This document shows positions 25,831-30,019 of a stretch of DNA of 30,019 bases, one piece after another (within the stretch, counting starts at the first letter, position 1; the number at the start of each line of letters is the position of its first letter). Below the pieces are notes generated by a model. That model did no database searches and was not told the origin of the DNA. It was given only the letters and a program-made list of their open reading frames with translations. The position numbers and the translations under genes are program-made. This DNA comes from Candidatus Micrarchaeia archaeon. GTDB lineage: Archaea > Micrarchaeota > Micrarchaeia > Micrarchaeales > CABMGC01. Location: the NCBI GenBank assembly GCA_049966395.1, contig JBMFUT010000006.1, positions 1 through 30,019 on the forward strand, read 5' to 3'.

Positions 25831-27375
25831 ATGGCCTCAAAAGCTGTAATAGCCGGTTTGATAGTTATTCTAATTGCAGCAATAATCTCGATTGTCATTT
25901 TTGTGCCAGCTAAGGCGCCCGTTACTTCACCGCCTCTTGCAACGCTGGCGGTGCAGCTCACAGATCCTGCGCAGGTGCCTTATGGTACTGAAGCACTAAA
26001 CGTTAACTACTCTTCGGTGCAGGTGCACTACATATATGGCAACTCGTCAGGTTGGGTGAACGCGGGGGGTTCCGGGAGCGTGAACCTTCTTTCGCTTGTA
26101 AATCTTTCAAAAACGATAGGGAGCGCATCGCTGCCTGTCAACGCTACTATTGACATGGCGAGGTTTAACATCACTTCTTCAAGCATAATGATAAATGGCA
26201 CGACCTATCCAGTGACAATTCCTTCGCAGCAGATAACAGCGCACATCACAAGCAAAGGCATGGGCAGCGGCTACACGGGACTGCTACTTGACTTGTCGCC
26301 ATCGGTAGCCACAATATACACATTAAATTCTACTATTTTCGTGATGGTGCCGTCAATAAAAGCAGTAGTGGTGCCTGGGCTTAATGCAAGCTCGGCAAGT
26401 TTAGATAATGAAGCGCACATAAATGCAAAGGCAAGGGAACAGCTTGATTCTGCAGCCCCGAACATCACAATAACAAGCGCAAGTCTTTCGGCAAACGGCA
26501 ATTCTACCGACTTCTCAGTTACAGTGAAGGACAATTCCAACAGCACTGTAGTCATAAACCACATAATGATTTTTGGCAACACCTCCATTGCGATGGCATT
26601 CGGAGGCGCTGTGACGCAGCGTGACATGCAGATGCCTGCCGGCTATGGCGGAGTTGGAGATCACGGTGTTGGAGCTGGGAGCTACGGCAACATAAGCGCT
26701 GCGCTTGGCACTTATTTCAACTCTTCTTCGGGCGCTGCCATTAACGAATCCACCATTCTGAAGATAATGAGGAACAAAAATATCACAGACTTGATAGAGC
26801 ATTACGCCAATGTAAGCATAGGCGCAAATGCTACGCAGGAGAACGTTTCAATGATGGTCGGGGAAGTTGAAAAACATTTCGAAGGTGAATTCGGAAACAT
26901 AAGCGCAATGGCAAACATATCTGCTTCGGCCGAAGCAAACCTGAGCTACGTAGAAAAGAACTGGGAGAGCATGAAAAACCTGTGGGATTCCATCAAAGAC
27001 AACATGACTGCGCTAGGCCTTAATTCAAGCGCCCTAGAAAGCAGATGGCACGAGATAGAGGCAAGCCACATAGCCATAGAGCAGAGCCACTTCAAGGTAA
27101 TCAACTTCGTAGTAGAAAGCAACGGCACGCTAGTACTACCTTTCGCCGAAGCGGAGTTCGAAGGCCCTGGATATACGCTTGCCGCTGGCCAGTCGGTAAC
27201 ATTCAGCTTTGACAATGTAGTTGGCTACGGAGCAAGGGGAAGCGTGGAGGCCGACAATTCTACGTTCGGATTTGGAGCGCATGTGGTGGCTAAACCAATA
27301 AGCGGAAACACATACAAGATTGTCATTTCTGGTGAGGAGGGCGTGCGCGCAAGCACAAATGTCACTGCCAGCTGA
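25831..27375 (+). CDS. Membrane-anchored/secreted surface glycoprotein, DUF4382-like N-terminal domain
   Basis: N-terminal signal/TM; LAVQLTDP..ALNVNYSSVQVH..VNLLSL pattern; very many N-x-S/T sequons. Confidence 0.75.
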   Translation: MASKAVIAGLIVILIAAIISIVIFVPAKAPVTSPPLATLAVQLTDPAQVPYGTEALNVNYSSVQVHYIYGNSSGWVNAGGSGSVNLLSLVNLSKTIGSASLPVNATIDMARFNITSSSIMINGTTYPVTIPSQQITAHITSKGMGSGYTGLLLDLSPSVATIYTLNSTIFVMVPSIKAVVVPGLNASSASLDNEAHINAKAREQLDSAAPNITITSASLSANGNSTDFSVTVKDNSNSTVVINHIMIFGNTSIAMAFGGAVTQRDMQMPAGYGGVGDHGVGAGSYGNISAALGTYFNSSSGAAINESTILKIMRNKNITDLIEHYANVSIGANATQENVSMMVGEVEKHFEGEFGNISAMANISASAEANLSYVEKNWESMKNLWDSIKDNMTALGLNSSALESRWHEIEASHIAIEQSHFKVINFVVESNGTLVLPFAEAEFEGPGYTLAAGQSVTFSFDNVVGYGARGSVEADNSTFGFGAHVVAKPISGNTYKIVISGEEGVRASTNVTAS

Positions 27376-27410
27376 AGCATTGAATGCGTCCCTCCAAGAA
27401 GAGCGATAGA

Positions 27411-28469
27411 ATGAACTATACGCTGAAGTGTCTGAAATGCGGCAGAGAGTATTCCAGTACATATCCAAGCCAGGTCTGCGAATGCGGAGGGCTTCTCGAA
27501 GTAGTTTATGAAGACAACCCGGCAAAGCATCTTAAGAGGCACAGGTCCTTCTGGGACTACGAGCCGCTGCTGCCAAAGAGCAGCTACAGCAGGTATGTGC
27601 TTGGATCTACAAGGCTTGTGAGAAGCCACGAAAGCGAATCCCTTTTCCTCAAGCTTGAGATAGACAACCCAACAAGGTCGTTCAAGGACAGGGGCTCCGT
27701 AGTAGAGATAGCCAAGGCTTTCGAATACGGCTACGACGAGATCGTGTGTGCTTCCACGGGAAACATGGCCTATTCTGTTTCCTATTATGCAAAAATAGCA
27801 GGCATAAGGGCAAGGATATTCATAAGCAACAATGCCAACGCCGACAAGCTGCGCGACATAAGGTCAACAGGAGACGCAAAGATAACCCAAGTCAAAGGAG
27901 ATTTCAACATGGCGCTGAAGGTTGCTGAAAAATACGCCAAGGAGAACGGGGCATTCCTTGCAGGCGATTACTGCTACAGGAAGGAAGGGCAGAGGACAGT
28001 CGCTTACGAAATTATGGAGCAGCTCCCTGAAGCGACGCACATCATTGTACCGGTGGGAAACGCCACGCTCATAAGCGGCATGCTCAAGGCACTGAAAGAG
28101 ATGAAAAGCGCAGGCATCATAAAAAGGTATCCGAAAGTGGTTGCGGTGCAATCAGAGGAATGCAAGCCATTCGCAAGCGCTTTCAAAAGCGGCAGAGGGC
28201 TGAAATACGAAAGACCAATGACGAAGGCAGACGCCATAGCTGTAGGGATGCCGACATTTGGGCCGCAGGCGATGGCTGCATTGAAGGAAATTGGGGGAGA
28301 AGCTGTCACTGTCAGCGACAAGGACATGCTGCGAGAGCAGAAGAAATTCTACGAAGAATACGGGCTCATAGCAGAGCTGGCCGGGGTGGCGAGCGTCGCT
28401 GCTTTCAGGAAGCTTGACATTGAAGAAGGCGCCAAGGCGGTCGCAATCGTGAGCGGTGGAAACGTCTAG
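27411..28469 (+). CDS. thrC: Threonine synthase-like PLP-dependent enzyme (fold type II)
   Basis: N-terminal CxxC..CxC, NPTRSFKDRG (PLP lysine), ASTGN, PVGNA; substrate not proven. Confidence 0.85.
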   Translation: MNYTLKCLKCGREYSSTYPSQVCECGGLLEVVYEDNPAKHLKRHRSFWDYEPLLPKSSYSRYVLGSTRLVRSHESESLFLKLEIDNPTRSFKDRGSVVEIAKAFEYGYDEIVCASTGNMAYSVSYYAKIAGIRARIFISNNANADKLRDIRSTGDAKITQVKGDFNMALKVAEKYAKENGAFLAGDYCYRKEGQRTVAYEIMEQLPEATHIIVPVGNATLISGMLKALKEMKSAGIIKRYPKVVAVQSEECKPFASAFKSGRGLKYERPMTKADAIAVGMPTFGPQAMAALKEIGGEAVTVSDKDMLREQKKFYEEYGLIAELAGVASVAAFRKLDIEEGAKAVAIVSGGNV

Positions 28470-28684
28470 GCGCGCTTCTGCTGCACCAATACATTTGAAA
28501 TTCCGATTCCTGCAAGCGATATGCCTAATCCTATTTCTACAAAATTGTAGAAGGTGTATGGCGATACAAAGGCTGCCGCAGCCAAAGCCGCGCCGATTGT
28601 TATTTCTGTCGCTCCTTCTGCGAATTTCCTGCGACGCAAGCTCTTCAGCTCCACTGCGTTTTTTTGAAGATTTTCGGACTCCAT
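28466..28684 (-). CDS. Small two-TM membrane protein
   Basis: 72 aa with two hydrophobic segments; fills the gap between thrC and the esterase. Confidence 0.55.
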   Translation of the reverse strand: MESENLQKNAVELKSLRRRKFAEGATEITIGAALAAAAFVSPYTFYNFVEIGLGISLAGIGISNVLVQQKRA

Positions 28685-28730
28685 CGATTAAGATTTATAT
28701 CAGCATAGCAATAAAAATAGTGTGGTTTTT

Positions 28731-29702
28731 ATGCAGTACCTCAAAAGGGACGATATCCTTTTCGAAAGCGCTGCGCTTAAAGGCAATCCACTGCGTGATC
28801 CGCACAAGAGAGAGATTGCAATACTAGAGCCTGCGGAGAGCGAGGGCAGACCTATAATGATTTTCCTTTCTGGCTACGGTGGATCGAGCCTCGACATGCT
28901 GAACCGCGATCCGCTCGGAGAGGATATGAAGCGCAAGGCCGAGAGGCTGATCAAGAGAAAATTGATGAAAGGGTCAGTGATGATCTTTCCAGACACATTT
29001 ACCAGGGTGGGGGGAAACCAGTACTTGAATTCCACCGCAGTGGGCATGTATGAGGATTTCATAATAAAAGAGCTCGTGCCTTACTTAAAGGAGAAATACT
29101 CGTCTGAAAGCGTTGCGCTGCTGGGCAAGTCTTCCGGCGGCTATGGCGCGATCACTCTTGCAATGAAGCATCCAGGAGTCGTATCGGCCGCGGCAGACCA
29201 CTCAGGCGATGCATATTTTGAATATTGTTACATTAGGGATTTCCCTGATGCCTGCAGGGAAATATCAAAATACGGCAGCGCGGAAAAATGGCTCAATGCC
29301 TACTGGAAGAAGGAGAACAAAAGGTTGCAATCAGACATGGCGCCGCTAGGCACAATAGGGATGGCGGCTTTCTACTCTCCTAATGGCACTCGCATAGAGC
29401 TGCCTTTTGAAATGGATACGTGCGAGATCAGGAATGAAGTTTGGCGAAAGTGGATAGAAAAGGATCCCGTAAGGATGGTGGGCAAATACTACGGCAATTT
29501 GAAGAAGCTGAAGATGCTGATGATAGACGTAGGCACGGAGGACGAATACGGCCTGAACTGGGGCAACAGGATACTGCACAAAAGGCTGATTCGGCATGGC
29601 GTCAAGCACGTGTATGAAGAATTCGAAGGAGGACATCGCAACACAAGCTACAGGTACGACAGGTCAATGCCGCTCGTTGAGAAAGCCCTGTACCAGCAAT
29701 AA
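28731..29702 (+). CDS. Alpha/beta hydrolase, putative esterase (Fes-like)
   Basis: GKSSGG nucleophile elbow, DVGTEDE acid, GGH histidine. Confidence 0.88.
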   Translation: MQYLKRDDILFESAALKGNPLRDPHKREIAILEPAESEGRPIMIFLSGYGGSSLDMLNRDPLGEDMKRKAERLIKRKLMKGSVMIFPDTFTRVGGNQYLNSTAVGMYEDFIIKELVPYLKEKYSSESVALLGKSSGGYGAITLAMKHPGVVSAAADHSGDAYFEYCYIRDFPDACREISKYGSAEKWLNAYWKKENKRLQSDMAPLGTIGMAAFYSPNGTRIELPFEMDTCEIRNEVWRKWIEKDPVRMVGKYYGNLKKLKMLMIDVGTEDEYGLNWGNRILHKRLIRHGVKHVYEEFEGGHRNTSYRYDRSMPLVEKALYQQ

Positions 29703-29732
29703 TATATATTATTTTGCACAATTCTACTCTGT

Positions 29733-29858
29733 GCCAGGGTGGCGGAATCTGGTAACGCGCCGGTCTTGAGTCTTTGCTCAAGAGCTGATTAGTGATGCGA
29801 AAATGGCAAGTTAACCGGTGCCCTTACGGGCTTTAGGGTTCAAATCCCTACCCTGGCG
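29733..29858 (+). tRNA. tRNA-Ser(TGA) with a 42-nt intron at canonical position 37/38 (29771-29812)
   Basis: Acceptor GCCAGGG/CCCTGGC, discriminator G; spliced anticodon arm CCGGT-CTTGAGA-ACCGG; long variable arm GCCC-TTAC-GGGC; T arm TAGGG-TTCAAAT-CCCTA; central helix CTTG/CAAG. Confidence 0.95.
29771..29812 (+). ncRNA. Candidate intron-encoded box C/D-like guide RNA targeting U34 of tRNA-Ser(TGA)
   Basis: Guide CTCAAGA, box D-like CTGA (29785-29788), box C-like GTGATGC (29792-29798). Confidence 0.6.
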
Positions 29859-29936
29859 CATATTATTGAGTTAAAAGCCCACGCCCCAGAACACTGCAAG
29901 GTATTTATAGTTTTTTTTAATATTATCAGTGATAGT

Positions 29937-30019
29937 ATGCAGAAGTGGGCAAGGAAATTAAAGCATAGAAAAGCCCAATCTGCAATGGAGTACCTTATGA
30001 CCTATGGCTGGGCCATTCT
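29937..30019 (+). CDS. Class III signal peptide protein (pilin-like), truncated by the window end
   Basis: My translation: MQKWARKLKHRKAQSAMEYLMTYGWAI...; TATA-like tatttata about 30 nt upstream; too short for the ORF track. Confidence 0.85.
   Translation, partial: MQKWARKLKHRKAQSAMEYLMTYGWAI

Noticed and set aside
29733..29858. Reading the tRNA as a TGA-decoding (Sec/suppressor) tRNA or as Leu(CAA)
   Set aside because: Anticodon TGA reads TCA (Ser), whereas a UGA suppressor would need anticodon TCA. The CTCAAGA is inside the intron, and discriminator G plus the long variable arm fit Ser.
1..30019. CRISPR arrays, IS elements, integrases, inteins
   Set aside because: No regularly spaced repeats, transposase or recombinase motifs seen by eye; MCM and Lhr have normal lengths.

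Overview
Gene-dense archaeal chromosomal window. A DPANN lineage, most plausibly Micrarchaeota/ARMAN-like, is inferred from the eukaryote-like information genes, the BHB tRNA introns and the KAQSAMEYLMTYGWAI-type class III signal peptide. It holds mostly housekeeping genes: dnaJ, a presenilin-like GxGD protease, mcm, a nucleoside phosphorylase, argF, rps8e, cgi121, PiT/DUF47, XPF/ERCC4, rio1, proline dehydrogenase, aIF1A, aIF2-beta, Nudix-Lhr-metallophosphoesterase, htpX, a threonine synthase-like enzyme and an esterase. It also carries a 10-gene type IV pilus-like operon (ATPase, two platform proteins, seven pilin-like proteins). Three RNA genes are absent from the ORF track: SRP RNA, tRNA-Ser(GCT) with an 18-nt D-loop intron, and tRNA-Ser(TGA) with a 42-nt anticodon-loop intron. 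The most striking signal is that this 42-nt intron looks like a minimal box C/D guide whose +5 position lands exactly on wobble U34 of its own tRNA. Other leads are a small protein ending in a ribosomal P-stalk-like motif, and an Lhr/phosphoesterase pair that is in frame and separated by one TGA. No CRISPR array, transposase or integrase was seen.
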